Source: Eledone cirrhosa
Lineage: Eukaryota
Length of the DNA stretch: 64,000 nucleotides
Direction of reading: 5' to 3'
Assembly: GCA_964016885.1 (NCBI GenBank)
Contig: OZ024742.1
Location: 258,664,001-258,728,000 of the forward strand
Part shown: positions 26,437 through 40,253 of the stretch, in pieces
Layout of the letters: each line of letters begins with the position of its first letter
How positions within the stretch are numbered: the stretch's first letter is position 1
The notes under the pieces: model-generated
What the model saw: the letters and a program-made list of their open reading frames with translations, nothing else
Told to the model about the DNA's origin: nothing
Database searches by the model: none
Made by a program: the position numbers and the translations under genes

Positions 26437-28407
26437 ATGGAGACTTTATCAGCATGTCAACAAGACAGCGTTCCAGCGGAGGTAAATATAAACGAAAATA
26501 TTACAAAGGAAAAAAAGATTGTTACAGATTTAAAATTAACAAATATTTCTAACACAAACAACACCAACAATAACACCAACAACATCACCAACAACAACAC
26601 CAAAAATAACAGCGGTAAGGTCGAGAACGACAATAACGAAAATAACAGCGGTAATGTCGAGAACGACAATAACACTGATAATAACAACAGCCACAACAAC
26701 AATAATAGTAGGAACAGTATCAACAAAAACAACAATAATAACAACAGCCACAATAACAGTAACAGCAGCGACAGTATCAACGAAAACAACAACAACAACA
26801 CCAACAACTGTACCAACGAAAACAACAACAATGACACCGATACCTGTATTAGCCACCTCAGCACCACCAGTAAGACCAGTAGCGGCAGCAATAGTGGTGC
26901 TGCTGAAAAAGGGACCACTTCTTTTGCAGGTGTCGCCCGAAATATCGAGACAGTGTTAGTCACAGAGGAGGAGATGGCAGTCGCAAGGGCCATGGTGACA
27001 AGAAGCGCAAATAGTGTTTCCCTGAAACCTCCACCCGATTTTTTCAAGGACCAGCAGCTACGAACGGTGACTTACCGCACCGTAAGCAAAATCTCACATT
27101 GAGTGGAGAGAGCCACGGAGGCTCAAATCCAAAAGGCCTTGGCGTGCGTCTGGGCACGCAAAACCCACATCACCCGAGGCAGAAAGTACGCTACAGTAGA
27201 CGTACTTTTCGCCACCCCCCAGGAAGCAAAGTCTCACTCTTTGGAAACCCTAAAGAGTGAGGAGTTAGTCTTGGTGCCCTCCTACTGCGGGCAGAAAATT
27301 GTGAGGGTCAAAGTGACCCAGGTCCCACCCGACGTGCCCATACCTTGGCTGGCCGCGTCTGTCCTTGCTGGAATTGAGAACAGGGCGACCATGTTGCAAG
27401 TAGAAAAAATAGGGAGAGAAAACTGGTCAGGTATAGGCATGCAAATGCTTATACAAACTGACCAGGAATGTATCGAGGCTATCCCCGATATCATAGACTT
27501 TGAGGACGGACTCCAACTCCCTATAAGTGTAGAAGGAAGACGGCCAAAATGTTATCTCTGTGGGTCGAAAGGTCACCTCAGGGCCTTTTGCCCGCAGAAG
27601 ACACCGAAGAGGTCCCCTCTCCTTCCAATACCTGGTCCGCTGCTACCAAGAGCAGGACAGGCAACAAACGAAGAAGCCCCTTCCACGGTGAGTAGGAGGG
27701 CAACGTCCGTAGCACCCGTACCAAGGCCACGGATAACTAAAGCAGCATCATCAGTAGCGGCAACACCAATAGCTACATTTGAAATAGCTACACCAGCAAC
27801 AACATTGCCGAAGAGGGCTCCACTACCACCACCAACAGCCGTGGAGCACATACCCCTCCCAGACGCCACAGAATCCGACATGGAGTTTGAGGCGGGAGTA
27901 ACGTGGCAAACAGTCTGCCACAAAAAACAAAAAACAAAAAAACCCTTAGATTCACCCTCCAAAAGCGAAGGCATACAAAGAGGGGTAAAGGCAGCAAGGA
28001 CACTTGCAGAAACACCACCACAAACACCAACAACGCAAACACAACAAGACACACACCCCAAACAGCAACAAGAAGAAAACGGCAACAAAATCACCCCTCC
28101 CCCAAAAAAGTACACAGCCATAAACATAGCAAAAAAAAGAACTCATACAATATATAAAGCAGCACACAGACATCACAGACAAAATTACTACACCCCACCA
28201 ACACCAAGAACTCTCCCGACAAACATAAGCATCATCGAAATCTCAATAGAACAATACAAACCTTTAAAACAAAAATTCCCCAACGCAGTTGGAGACTTCA
28301 GAGGGACGGTTACCAAGAGGATATACACTGACATCCTCTTGGAAACACCCATGACCAGCGATAGGGACGGTTCTACTGTCCCTTCACCCCACGAACAAGG
28401 TAAATGA
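26437..28407 (+). pseudogene. LINE ORF1 (gag-like, CCHC zinc knuckle) with one in-frame TGA at 27100-27102
   Basis: ORFs 26437-27102 and 27103-28407 are in the same frame. CYLCGSKGHLRAFC knuckle and an Asn-rich N-terminus from (AAC/AAT)n. Confidence 0.85.
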
Positions 28408-28893
28408 CCCTTTCTCATTTGCCCCGTTTCTCATCCAACAAAGAGACTTGCAGCAACACCACCACCACCACCATCACCACCACAAGCACCATCACCAACA
28501 ACAACCACACCACCATCAGCATCACCAAAAACAGCAACAACTCAAACAAAACAAACACATACACCAAACAGCAAGAAGAAGAAAAGAGCACCCCCCCCCA
28601 AGTACACAGCCATAAACATGGCAAATAAAGAACTCGGACAATATATAAAGCAGGACACAGACATCGCAGACAAAACTACTACACCCCACCAACACCAAGA
28701 ATCTCCCAACAAACATAAGCATCATTGATATCACAATAGAACAGTACAAACTTTTAAAACAAAAATTCTCCAACGTAGTTGCAGATTTCAGAGGGTCCGA
28801 TACCAAGAGGATATACACTGGCATCCTCTTGGAAACACCCATGACCAGTCAAAGGGACGGTTCTACTGTCCCTTCACCACACGATCAAGGTAA

Positions 28894-31800
28894 ATGACCA
28901 TTTCTCACTTGCCCCGTTTCTCATCCAACAAGGCCATACTTAGAATAGGCAGTATAAATGCACGTGGCCTGGGGTCATCTTGGAAGCAGGGTCACCTGCT
29001 CTACGACCTGAGGTCACTAAACATAGATGTGGTGGCCATCAGCGAGACCAGAATTTCCGAAGCACGAGCCTTCAAACCGATCTTCGGCGGCTACGATGTA
29101 TACGCACCTCCCAGCCGTCCAGGATCGGGGGAGGGGTTGCCGTCCTTTTTCGGAGAGGCTTGGATCTCGCCATACGGGCCATCTTCCTGGACCTAGAAGG
29201 TAAGTCGATGGTGCTGGACGTGACCGGCAGCGAAGGCAATGATTTCAGGCTAGTGGCCGTCTACGCCTCAACTGGGGCAGGACGGCCAGATTTCTTCAGA
29301 CGTCTAGAGAACTTTATTGGAACGTCCCGCCCTTTTAGTGTTAGTGGGCGACTGGAACGGTATCTTGGATGCACGTTGGGATTGTGTGGGGATAGTTGAT
29401 AGGGGAGGAGGGTGCAAGAGCCTCACCAACCTGCTCAGACATTTTCAACTGTTTGACAGGTATCGACTGGATCACCCGAATGTGCTAATGTGGACTGGAC
29501 AAACCGCATCGGGTCATCCAGATCGATAGGGTATTCTGCAGAGAACTAGATAAGGCTAGTATAAGTTGTCCACAATTTAAAATAGTCGACTACACAGACC
29601 ACAAATTTGTGATCTGTGTGATCGACATAGACAAACTTCATAGACAAGGACCCGGTTACTGGAAGCTGAACGCTTCTTTCCCGGCGCGCAATGCCTACAG
29701 AGACCGGATTAGCGTATTAGTTAAGCGGGCGTTGACGGGAGCGGTCGTCAATAACAGGTGGTGGTTCGCCCTGAAAAGGGAAATTAAAGTAGAATCGATT
29801 AGTTTTAGCAAAGGACTAGTTATAGTGGAAAATAGGATAGAGGGAGAGCTAGTCGGAAAGCTAGAAGAGGCGTTTAGGACAGGCATCACAACCGACGCGC
29901 TTGCGGCGAGATTGGCACTCGACCAATTCTTCAACGCAAAACACGCAGGCGGCGTTGTCAGAGCTAGTGGCCGTGCTCTGAAAAACGAGGGGACAAAATC
30001 CGTTCAATGGGCCCGAGTGGCAGAGGCGCGACGTGGCAACAAAGCCACAATTCGATCCAAAACGGGCGCGTGTTGCTCGAGCCGTAGCAGATGTGTGAGG
30101 CTTTTCAGCAGCACTTTGCTGAACTGTTCGAGAGAGCGGCGGGCATACCTCGACGGACTGCCTCGGCTCTCGACGACCGCAGCACAGTGTTGCGAAAAGC
30201 CAATAACAGCCGGTGAAATACGGGAAGGGATGGCTAACTGCACGAGGGGTAAATCGCCAGGTTTGGATGGTCTGCCATACGAGCTTTTTGCATTTATGCC
30301 AGACTTGTTCGGTGACCTGTTGGCAGACGTCTACTGCAACTGGCAGCAGAACGGGAGCATTCCCAGTTTTGTGAGCGGTGTTGATGCTGAGAAAAGACCC
30401 CAACAAAGGGGATGTTATCAATAACTTGAGGCCCATAACTCTGCTAAACGCACAATTCAAGGTTGTGGCCAAGGTGTCACCAACGAGGTTGGCGCTTGTC
30501 GCGGGAGTCTGGTGGGAGAGGCGCAGATATGCGCCATTACGTGATAGATCCATACACGACAGGCTCCACCTCATGCGATACATCGTAGAGAGGGTGGTAA
30601 AGGAACCTGGCACGGGTGGGGCCCTGATCAACTTGGATCAATCCAAAGCATTCGATAGGGTCGACCATCGATACCTGGCGGCGGTCCTCAAGGCAGCCGG
30701 CTTCGCGCCCGTTTTCAGGAGTTGGATCGCTGCGATGTACAGCGAAATCTGCTCAGTTGCGAGGTTGAACGGTCACCTGTCGCAGCCATTCAGCATCATG
30801 CGCTCGGTCCGCCAGGGTTGTCCCCTCTCGTCCATCTTGTACGTATTGGCTCAAGAGCCGTTACTGCACAACCTGGGGGCGATGAGGGGCGTCCCACGCG
30901 AACTAGGATGCGGGAAATCCGAGTCGGCTTGCGCCGACGACGTCACCGACCTAGTGTCGAGCACCAGACACGTCCAGATGCTCAGCACCGCTCTCAAGGA
31001 ATACGAAGCGGTGACAGGAGCAAAGTTAAACCAGGAAAGATTGGTGGGCTTGCAGCTCGGCACCTGAAGAGGCATGTCCATGCCGTCCGACAGCCTCGTG
31101 GGGCGTAGGACGGATGGACCGGTCAAATTGCTCGGGGTCTGCTTTGGACCGGATCTACAGTAGGAGAAAAACTGGAGCGAGATGACGAGCAGGGTGGCCT
31201 CTCTCACCCAGAAAAAGACCGAGAGGAAGCTGTCTCTGAAAGGCCGGGCGGAGGTGGCGAATGCGTACATCGCATCGGTCATCTACTACCGCCTCATAAT
31301 CGTCCCTTGCCCCGGCCCAACTGTCACCAAAATGGAGCGCCTCATCTTCCGCTTTTTGTGGAAGGGACGCGCTCCCATGGTCAGACGATCCACCTGCTGT
31401 CAACACCCGTTGCGTGGAGTACTGGGTATGCCATGGCTGATGATGCGCAAACATGCGCTAAGTCTGAGACATCTCTGGTGCTTCCTTGACAGTGAACATG
31501 TGTGGTCGCCGTTAGCCAAGCACGTTTTACCACAGCTCGTCTCCTTGACGGAGCTGCAGTCCTGAATGAGGAAAAGACCGAGGGATAGAGCTTGGAAACT
31601 GGATTATCCCCAGGCACGCACTGCCTTCTGCCAGCTGGGCACCACTATCGGTGGAACATCTACCTCGGTCTTCTATAGAGGATTAGTGGAGGGGAAGAGC
31701 GACGACGTTCTCGGAGAGATCCTGGGCGTCGAAGAAGATCAGCTGTTTGCTCTCTTCCAGAGAACTTTCATTCCAGGGCCTATGGATAACTTCCAAAAAT

Positions 31801-32296
31801 CCCTGGCCTGGCAGTGCTACCGGGGAGCGTTGCCGGTTCGAGATAAGCTCTACAGGCACGGAATTGCCGTCAGTTGAGCCTGTCCGAAATGCGTGCAGAG
31901 CAACGAAACCATCGTGCACGCTCACGTTCAGTGCCCGAGCATTTCTGACTTGTGGAGCTATGTCGAACAGTAGCTGTCGCGTGTAGGACTGATCCGGTTA
32001 TCGACTGAGTTCATTGTGCAGATGGTTTCGCCGTCTTCCTTCGAGGTGGAAGGGCAGGCAGTTTTCCTCTGCCTGGTGGCCATGGTGAAAGAGATTGTGT
32101 GGTGGACAAGGTTGAAAGGGTTAAAGACATACACTTTCCGCCTGGGCGAATCCCTAATTAACTTTTTCAAGTTTCACTTGAAGAGAAAAATCAGGGTGGA
32201 GAGGCAAGTGCTGCCTTTAGCAAGTTTGTTGAAAGGTGGGTGAATGTAGCGAGAATGGTGCGAGTGAACGGGACCGCTCTTAATATACGCCTGTAG
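28894..32296 (+). pseudogene. LINE ORF2: AP endonuclease, reverse transcriptase and C-terminal Cys/His motif, frameshifted
   Basis: SINARGL, VAISET, LVGDWN, GPGYWKLN, KSPGLDGLPYE, RPITLLN, LDQSKAFDRVDH, SVRQGCPLS, ACADD and CPKC..ETIVHAHVQC. Confidence 0.92.
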
Positions 32297-32619
32297 TTTG
32301 AGTGATGGAAAAATCGAGAGAGGGCGCTTGCCCTGGTGGTCATGGTGGCCGTGGTCATTTGTGTGGTTTTCGCCACGAGTAACCCTCGGAGGTTTCCCCT
32401 CCTATTGGGGAATTTTTTCATTGTTTGAATTTTCATTTTTATTGTTTATATATATATGTTTCTATGTCTTTTCCTTTTCCTTTCTTATATAAATAATAAA
32501 AATCTTTACACGCACAAAACCCACATCATACCATCCTGTACCGCCCTGTGCCTCCTGTAATGTTTTTATTGATGTCAGCCCTTGTGGCCAATAAAGAAAT
32601 CATTGTTATTATTATTGGC

Positions 32620-32626
32620 AGAAGCA

Positions 32627-32681
<55 letters not shown>

Positions 32682-32688
32682 CAGTAGC

Positions 32689-32720
<32 letters not shown>

Positions 32721-32810
32721 GATGATGATGATGAGAAGGAGGAGGAGGAGAATGGGGTGGAGCAGGAGCAGTAGCAAGAGGAGGAGGAGGTGGAGGAGGA
32801 GTAATGGAGG
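32620..32810. repeat. (AGT)n / (GAT)n / (GGA)n compound microsatellite
   Basis: Directly visible. Confidence 0.9.
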
Positions 32811-32814
32811 AAGA

Positions 32815-33140
32815 TTGGAAACAATGATAATATAGGATTATGTTTTCCTGACGGGTAGAGTAATTGAACATTGACTACCGTATGAAACAAGGAGGACACA
32901 TACTGTCATATCATTGACGTTGCTACACCAAATGACGCGAATTTTGCGTGAAAAGATATTGATAAAAATCTCCAAATATTCTGAACTTGTTTGGAATACG
33001 TAAGGTTAAAATGAAATTAATACCAATCGTAATTCGGACGTTAGGGTCAATGCTATTGAAAGTTCAAGAATTCTCAAAGAAGTAGGGTATACCATGCAAG
33101 ATTTGTGTTTTATATCATACTTAGGGTTCTTCAGATATTT
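32815..33140 (+). mobile_element. Fragment of a restriction-like endonuclease LINE C-terminus (R4/Dong-like)
   Basis: Translates CHIIDVATPND...KYSEL...IPIVI..LG across disruptions. Confidence 0.55.
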
Positions 33141-33723
33141 TAGGAATTATTCTATTTTCAATTTGTTATCTTATTTCTGTATTTTTGTTTATAGATTGTG
33201 TTCCATCGTTTGGATAAGTGGATTGCATAGATATCCGGAAAGAGCTTCTTTCCGAGATGGAGAGGCCAATGACTTACTCAAATTTTCAAAGTAATAGTTT
33301 CTTACATGCTGCACGATTTCTTAACATGGTGGAGAGAAATAACAAATTAATTGTAATATATATAGCATCACACCCGACTTCATGCTTTTTGATGAAATAC
33401 GAACAGACGACATCAATCTATTTTTAATCTGATGTTGCTGAAGTTGAATCGCAGATCGGCGGTGACAGCAACCAGTATACATCTATAAGTCACTTATACA
33501 TCAACTTGTCTGGTGACGAATAGTTACTGAGGAGAGAAGGTAGCTCAGACAAAGACATAAGACTACAGCAATATCAGCGACAAAATAGAAAGTAGACCAC
33601 GTTAGATCCAATCTGCCAATCCCTTTTCTTTGTAATTTGCCGAGGCAAAGGCAAATACAAAACCAATATTAGGAAGGAACAACAAGGATAACAACAATAA
33701 TAATGGAATAATAAAATTAATAA

Positions 33724-33831
33724 TTGTTTCTACTTTAGGCAAAAGGCCAGCAATTATCGCAGTGTGTTACTGGTACTTTATTTTATCGACCCCGTAAGGA
33801 TGAAAGGCAAAGTTACCTCGGCGGGATTTGA
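33724..33831 (-). mobile_element. Partial tRNA-derived SINE
   Basis: Matches 8955-9062. Confidence 0.8.
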
Positions 33832-33849
33832 TAGCAATAATCATAGGGT

Positions 33850-36800
33850 GGGTTGACGGTGGTAAATGTTTTTTTTATTAACCGCAACTTTATTAACACA
33901 AATAAAACCTGAAGGACAGCACTAAGACCAGTGGCCGGCGGGGAGTAGCTGTGTCTAATGTGCAAGACGAGCTCACTAATATTGGTTGATAACTGTCCTT
34001 GAGGTGGTATCTTGAATAAAATTGCCCATTGACGGTGAAAGATGAAACGTAAAAAGAAAGAACAAAAAAGACCTTCAATGTCTAAAGACAAAAAAATTTA
34101 CAGCATCAGTTGTCAAAGGGCCGCATCATTCACAGAGGAATCAGCTTAGATTCGAAAAGTCTGCAGCTGAAACGATCTCTTCTCGAAACAGTAATAGCAG
34201 CCAAAGCCGTCCAAGTTCAGCACCATAAGGAAGAAGAAATACTCAATGTATCAAATAGCTTCTAGAAGCGTATAAAGAAGTGATTATACGCATTCTCTTA
34301 ATCTTTGGGCAAACCATCTCAATCAAAGCACACAGTAAATTCTTTTAGTATACGGAGAGAAAGTAATGCAAAACGCGCGAAAAATGGAACGAAAATAAAC
34401 TTGCAAACGTAAGAAGAGTTATTCTTAGAAACATGATACTAACAGATTCAGAGTTAAATGAATTCATGATGAATGTTGAAAAAGATCTGAGAATACCAAT
34501 ATCAGAAAGAAATAGAAATTAATATGTGACAGAAGAGACAGCGCAAAACGTATTGACAACAGGAGATATTTCACAGAAAAGTGAAAGTATCAGAAACACC
34601 ACAATTCATGGTCAAGCTGAAAAACAGATTGACAATAAGGATGAGAATATTTCTACTCGTGAGCATAAATATCATATATAAAAGAATAAAACAATAAATT
34701 CTCAACGAACTTTGAAAAATGAAAATATTAGTATGTGTGAAAGAAAGTCCTGGCAAGAAATGCCAAGCAATAATCAGAACAAATGTCGTAAGTGGAATTC
34801 AGTCTGTTAAAGCAAAAATGTAGGAGATGGAGCATGGTGTATCAAAATTGAAAGGGGTTATTTATGCAGCAGCAACGGTAAAGGAACGGAAATGTTTGTT
34901 TGCGAAAACGCGAAAGGCCACAACTCTCACAAAAATTCAACCTGGAAGATAAATTTTGAGAAACAAATTCAAATAATGTGGGAAATCTGTCAAGACAAGA
35001 AATGGAAGGAAAGGGATTAAAAAATACAATGTAACTTCAAAACCTGATATGCAAACAATCAAAGAAACGCTGAAACAGAACGTACAACTGGAACGTCAAA
35101 GAAACAGAAGATATGAAAAGCGAAATAAATTTTACAGGCAAAATATGTTGTTTACGTCAGATGCAAAAAGATTACAGGGAAATTGGGACGCAGACAATTC
35201 GAATAAAGGAAGCTACTTCAATTTCATGACATTGACGAAATTTGGAAAACAGTATGGAGTACAGAAAAAACCTCATAGTGCCAATGATAAATGGATGAAG
35301 AACATGGAACAAACGAACAATAATTTAGAAAGGCAGACTTTGCAAGACATAAATTTGGAAGAACTGGAGTTAGCACTTAAGGACGCCAACAAATGGAAAT
35401 ATGACATTGATAAAATGCCAAACTTCTGGTTATCTACTCTAACTACTACCCATGATACGTTTTGCACAAACTTAAGAAAACCTTGGATTCGTTTCCAAGA
35501 GATATAACATATCTCTTACCAAAAAAAGAAATATTGAAAAACATTATCGTCCTATCAGTTGCTTTCCATATCATACAAAATACTCACCTTAATGTTGACT
35601 GAGACAACCTATATATATTTGCCGGAAAATCACATATTATATATTGAGCCGCGAGGTTATCACTGTGGGTCTTACGGCTGTAAAGACCAACTCTTCTTTA
35701 GCTGTATGATTCTAAAAAACTGTCAAAACAAGTATAGATGTCTGACAACTACTTGTTTTAAATTTGGATGTATTGAAATTTTCTCCCGTAATACCAAACT
35801 TCCTAAAGTACAAAATGTCTGTATGGAATACAAATCTATCACTGTCAGACAGTGATAGGACTATAAATTTCTGCAGCATAAGTATTAACTGAGGTATTTT
35901 TCAAGGTGATTCATTTTCTTCTTTGATATTTTGCATTGAACTCACACAGCTGTGTCTAACTCAACAAAACGAAACATGGTTAAAAGGTAGACAGCAAATA
36001 CATAAATCATCTCTTTTATATATATGACGTGAAACTGTATGCCAAAAGTGACAGCGAATAGGAAGGACTGTTGAGGACAGTTAGGGCATTCAGTGATGAT
36101 GGTGAAATTGACTTTGGATTAGAATAATACGCCAAAAGAACATTCACGTAAGATAGATTGACAAGCACAAACTCAATGGAAATAGATGTGAATACAATAA
36201 TTAAGGAACTAGAATAGGAAAAAAACTACAGATATGTGGGATCATTGAGGCCAATATGAAAGAGAGAATTAGAACGACATGCTACCGGAGAAGACCTGCT
36301 GTGCTTGAAGATTGAGCTCACCTCAAATAATAAAATTGAAACCTATAGTTTCAATATCGGAAATTGGAAAATTAACGAAAAACTAAAATGAACAAACATC
36401 TGGGCTGTAATAAACTACATCACCCAAAAGCAGGTGTTGATTGCTTCTATCTCCCTAGACAAAACGGGGTTAGAGGAATGATCCAGCTTTAGAGGTAATG
36501 CAAAATATCAGACATTGAATTTGAACAATACCTTGATTCTACAGGCGATTGGATGCTGAAATGGATTCAGATCACAGAAGGAAGAAAATGTTACATTCAA
36601 TCACAAAGTAAAGTAGGAAGCTTGCAGAAGAAATGGGAATAAATTTTGGAAATGTTGGCGATTCTACAATAAAAGCTGAAAAGAACATCAAATTGTTGGC
36701 CAAACCTGAAGGTCAGCGGGAGCAAAACCAATGCAAGGGCCGTATGTTCTCCATTGCACCTTACGTAGATCAGGTTCTCCCCCGTGAGCGGCTGCGGAGT

Positions 36801-37420
36801 TATTTTGGCTGCACAAAACCAGTGTCTCCCAACGCCCAATTTTCAAGCTAATGTGATCAAAAATGGAATTGACGAAAATGTGGATTCTCTAATGAGGATG
36901 TTGAGACAATAGACCACCTGGTTTCCGGCTGTTAGGTATTAGATCTCCAGGAATACAAATCGAGTCATGATAGAGTATGGCAATACTTACATTAGGTAAT
37001 GTGCAGGTTTTATGGTCGGGAAATGGAGGGAAAGTGGTTCAACCATCGCCAAGATTCAGTGATAGAAGCCAGGAAGGTAACAATTCTCTGGGAGTTCCCT
37101 ATGAATACTGATAGAACGATCAAGGCCAACAGAGCTGATATAATAATAATTGACGATAAAGAGGAATCATGTTTCGTAATTGACATGAACATTCGGAAAG
37201 CTCACTAAGTATGAATATATATCAATTGGAATTGTGAAAATGTGGAATCTTAGGCCAGTACAAAACCATTGATAATCATCGTACTTGGAATGATAAAAAA
37301 GGGTACTGAAAAATATTTGAACCAGATACTTGGAAAGTCATCTCTGCAAAAAGATACAGAAAGTAGTAGTGACTGGCACTATCCACGTCCTGAGGAGGGC
37401 GTTATTGATTTAAAAATCTT
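33850..37420 (+). mobile_element. Highly decayed R4/Dong-like non-LTR retrotransposon (RT plus restriction-like endonuclease)
   Basis: FYRQNMLF, YRPISC, YKILT, GCKDQL, GIFQGDS, HLFY..DVKLYAK, ETIDHLVSGC and ILWEFPMNTDRTIKANRADII..CFVIDM. The 5' boundary is uncertain. Confidence 0.8.
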
Positions 37421-37569
37421 CAAAGACATTTACTGTTATTGTGCCCTTGTGGCATCATTTTTATGACAATTGGTTGTAAAATGTAAATATTATCAAATTT
37501 GCAGTTTGATACTCGACATGGTTGGGGAAAGAAGCATAACAAAACGTAAGTTTCAAATCAACATAATAA

Positions 37570-37795
37570 TGTTTTCTAGTATAGGCACAAGGCCATTAAT
37601 TTTTTTTTTTGGGGGGGGGGACAAGTCAATCAAATCGACCCCAGTATGTTACTGGTGCTTTATTTTATCGACCCCGTAAAGATGAAAGGCAAAGTTAACC
37701 ACGGTGGGATTTAAACTCAGACCATAAAAGGCCGTAACTCTATTCTACAAAACATGGTGTCCGACACTCTACCGATACTGTCAATCCACCACCCA
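37570..37795 (-). mobile_element. tRNA-derived SINE
   Basis: Same core as 4629-4810 and 8955-9142. Confidence 0.85.
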
Positions 37796-38357
37796 TACAC
37801 GCTGGGGAGAGCCAGAAAATGTCTTCAAACGGAATACTTACTAGAAATATATAAACCCCTATTATAGAAGAGTAACACCGAGAAAAGAATGCAAACAAAG
37901 TAACATTTATGATCTTTAAAGTTAAATCTACCTGTAGATAATATGAGCGTGCGGTTATCAAACAAATTAGGGATTTCTGCCATATATACATATATACATA
38001 TACGATTGAATTTATATCGGTTTACAAAATATCGACTTGCTGAACCAAAACCACTCAATATGAATTTAGCGGGAAAATACTAAAAAGACAACACTATGTA
38101 TAGTATCCCAGATAAGGCTGTGTCGGGCTTTCCGAAAACAAGACAATTGCCGTAATTAAATGGATGCTAATTAATGTAATGAAACCGACCCTCATCAGCA
38201 GGCCCTCTTTTAAATTAGGCTAGATATTAACTGTAATTAATTAAGTTTGAATCGAGACAAAAACTAATATGCTATTATAGAGGCTTAGATAAAAACAGTT
38301 TTGGACTCTACTAGGCAGTGAGAAATGCTAAATCTAGCTCACTCATAAGGTGTAAAG

Positions 38358-38410
<53 letters not shown>

Positions 38411-38441
38411 ATCTATCTATCTATCTTTCTTTCTCTCTCTC

Positions 38442-38550
<109 letters not shown>

Positions 38551-38698
38551 ACAGGGAGAAAAAGAGGATTATTAGGAAGAAAAAAATATTGTTTTCCCTT
38601 TTTATTTTTTTCTCTCTTTTTTCTGGGTTAGAAAATAATTAAAACGAAATATTTTACTTTGAGTGAAGTGTATCCTAACTCGTGTGCCTCCTCTCCAC

Positions 38699-38740
<42 letters not shown>

Positions 38741-38872
38741 GTGAGGTTTTTTTTTACAAAATAAAAAATAACCGATGTGTCCTACACGAGTGGAAGTATA
38801 ATGAAAAAGAAATGAAATCGAAAATGCAACTGAAGTCTTATTTTTAAAAAAAATATATATATTTATTTGGTT

Positions 38873-38910
38873 CCTTTACCGGTTTCGCAGTTCTTCTGCT
38901 TTTCAAAAGG
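38873..38910 (-). ncRNA. Minimal hammerhead ribozyme, U3:A8 core variant
   Basis: cctt-TTGAAAA-gcag-aagaa-ctgc-GAAA-ccgg-TA-aagg. Confidence 0.82.
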
Positions 38911-39420
38911 TGAGTTGAGATGGAGGGTCTGTGGTTTTTCTCACATCTGGTTGGTCTCTAAATGTTACTTGTTTTATATGGAAAAAGTGGCTCGAAAGCC
39001 AGGTTTTTCGAGAAGTAATTTGATTGGTTTGTCAATAATTATAATAAATTTAGCGCCAGTTCGCGTTACAATAGTTCTTCAAATAAGAGAGGGGGGGTTG
39101 TCACAGGTTGTTTTTTTCATATATGAGTGTTTGAATTTCTTTTTACTTGAAAAAAGGAGGCTCACGTAGGCTTTTTTTGGTTGGTTATAAATGAAATTTG
39201 GCTGTCACGTGAACAAGTTTTCATTACATTTTTGCACCCTTATTTGGAAAACTATTCTGTAGTCTTTATAGTGAATGTTATGACAATGGAGATATAGTGG
39301 TCAAGGGAAAGGGGATTGGGAGAAATGTTCTGGTTCAGTGAATATGGCCAGCTGTCAGAGTTCAGGTGTCAGAGTTCAGATTTTCTATTGAGACTGAAGA
39401 TGTGTGTTTATTTGTGTGCT

Positions 39421-39451
<31 letters not shown>

Positions 39452-40253
39452 ATGTGTGTATTGGAAGATGATTCTATTAGTAGAGATGGGGGAGGGTGTT
39501 GTGTGTGTGTGTATATGGGTGTTATGTGTGTGTGTGCGAGTATGTTAAGATGGAGAGAATATATATTTTGTGTGTGTGTATATATATATATGTATGTAGG
39601 AAAGTGGTTCTATTAGTGGAAATGGGGACGGAGTTGTAGGTGTGGGGGTTGTTATGTGTGTGTATGGGTGTTGTGTGTGGGAGTATGGTTAGCATGTTAA
39701 GATGAAGAGAATATATATATATATATTGTGTGTGTGTGTATGTGTGTGTGTAGGAAAGTGATTTCTTTAGTAGGAAGATGATTCTATTAGTAGAGATGGG
39801 GGAGGGAGTTGTGTGTGTGTGTGTATGGGTGTTATGTGTGTGTGTGCGAGTATGTTAAGATGGAGAGAATATATATTTTGTGTGTGTGTATATATATATG
39901 TGTGTAGGAAAGTGGTTCTATTAGTAGAAATGTGGAGGGAGTTGTAGGTGTGGGGGTTGTTGTGTGTGTGTATGGGTGTTATGTGTGTGGGAGTATGGTT
40001 AGCATGTTAAGATGAAGAGAATATATATATATATATATATTGTGTGTGTGTGTATATGTGTGTGTGTAGGAAAGTGATTCCTTTAGTAGGAATATTTTTG
40101 AATGAACATATTTTCCTGACTTTTTCGTGTTTGCTGTTGTATTGCCAGTGCAAACGTATGTTAAGGTTTATTTAGTTCGGGTTTTTATTTTCTAAAGTAG
40201 AAGGTGTCATGTGTGTGTGTGTATGTCATATTGTGGTGTTGACATAATGTATA

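Larger units (their letters stand above)
26175..32600 (+). mobile_element. Near full-length Tx1/L1-clade LINE inserted in (ATT)n
   Basis: Two-ORF layout, (ATT)n at both ends, and a 3' end aataaagaaatc-attgttattattatt. Confidence 0.9.

Noticed and set aside
27100-27102. In-frame TGA in LINE ORF1 as selenocysteine or readthrough
   Set aside because: The element has many other stops and frameshifts, CGA-to-TGA decay is sufficient, and I saw no SECIS-like hairpin.
38100-38210. Minus-strand CTGATGA followed by a gtcgg/ccgac stem
   Set aside because: No GAAA and UH at the required positions; at most a broken HHR.
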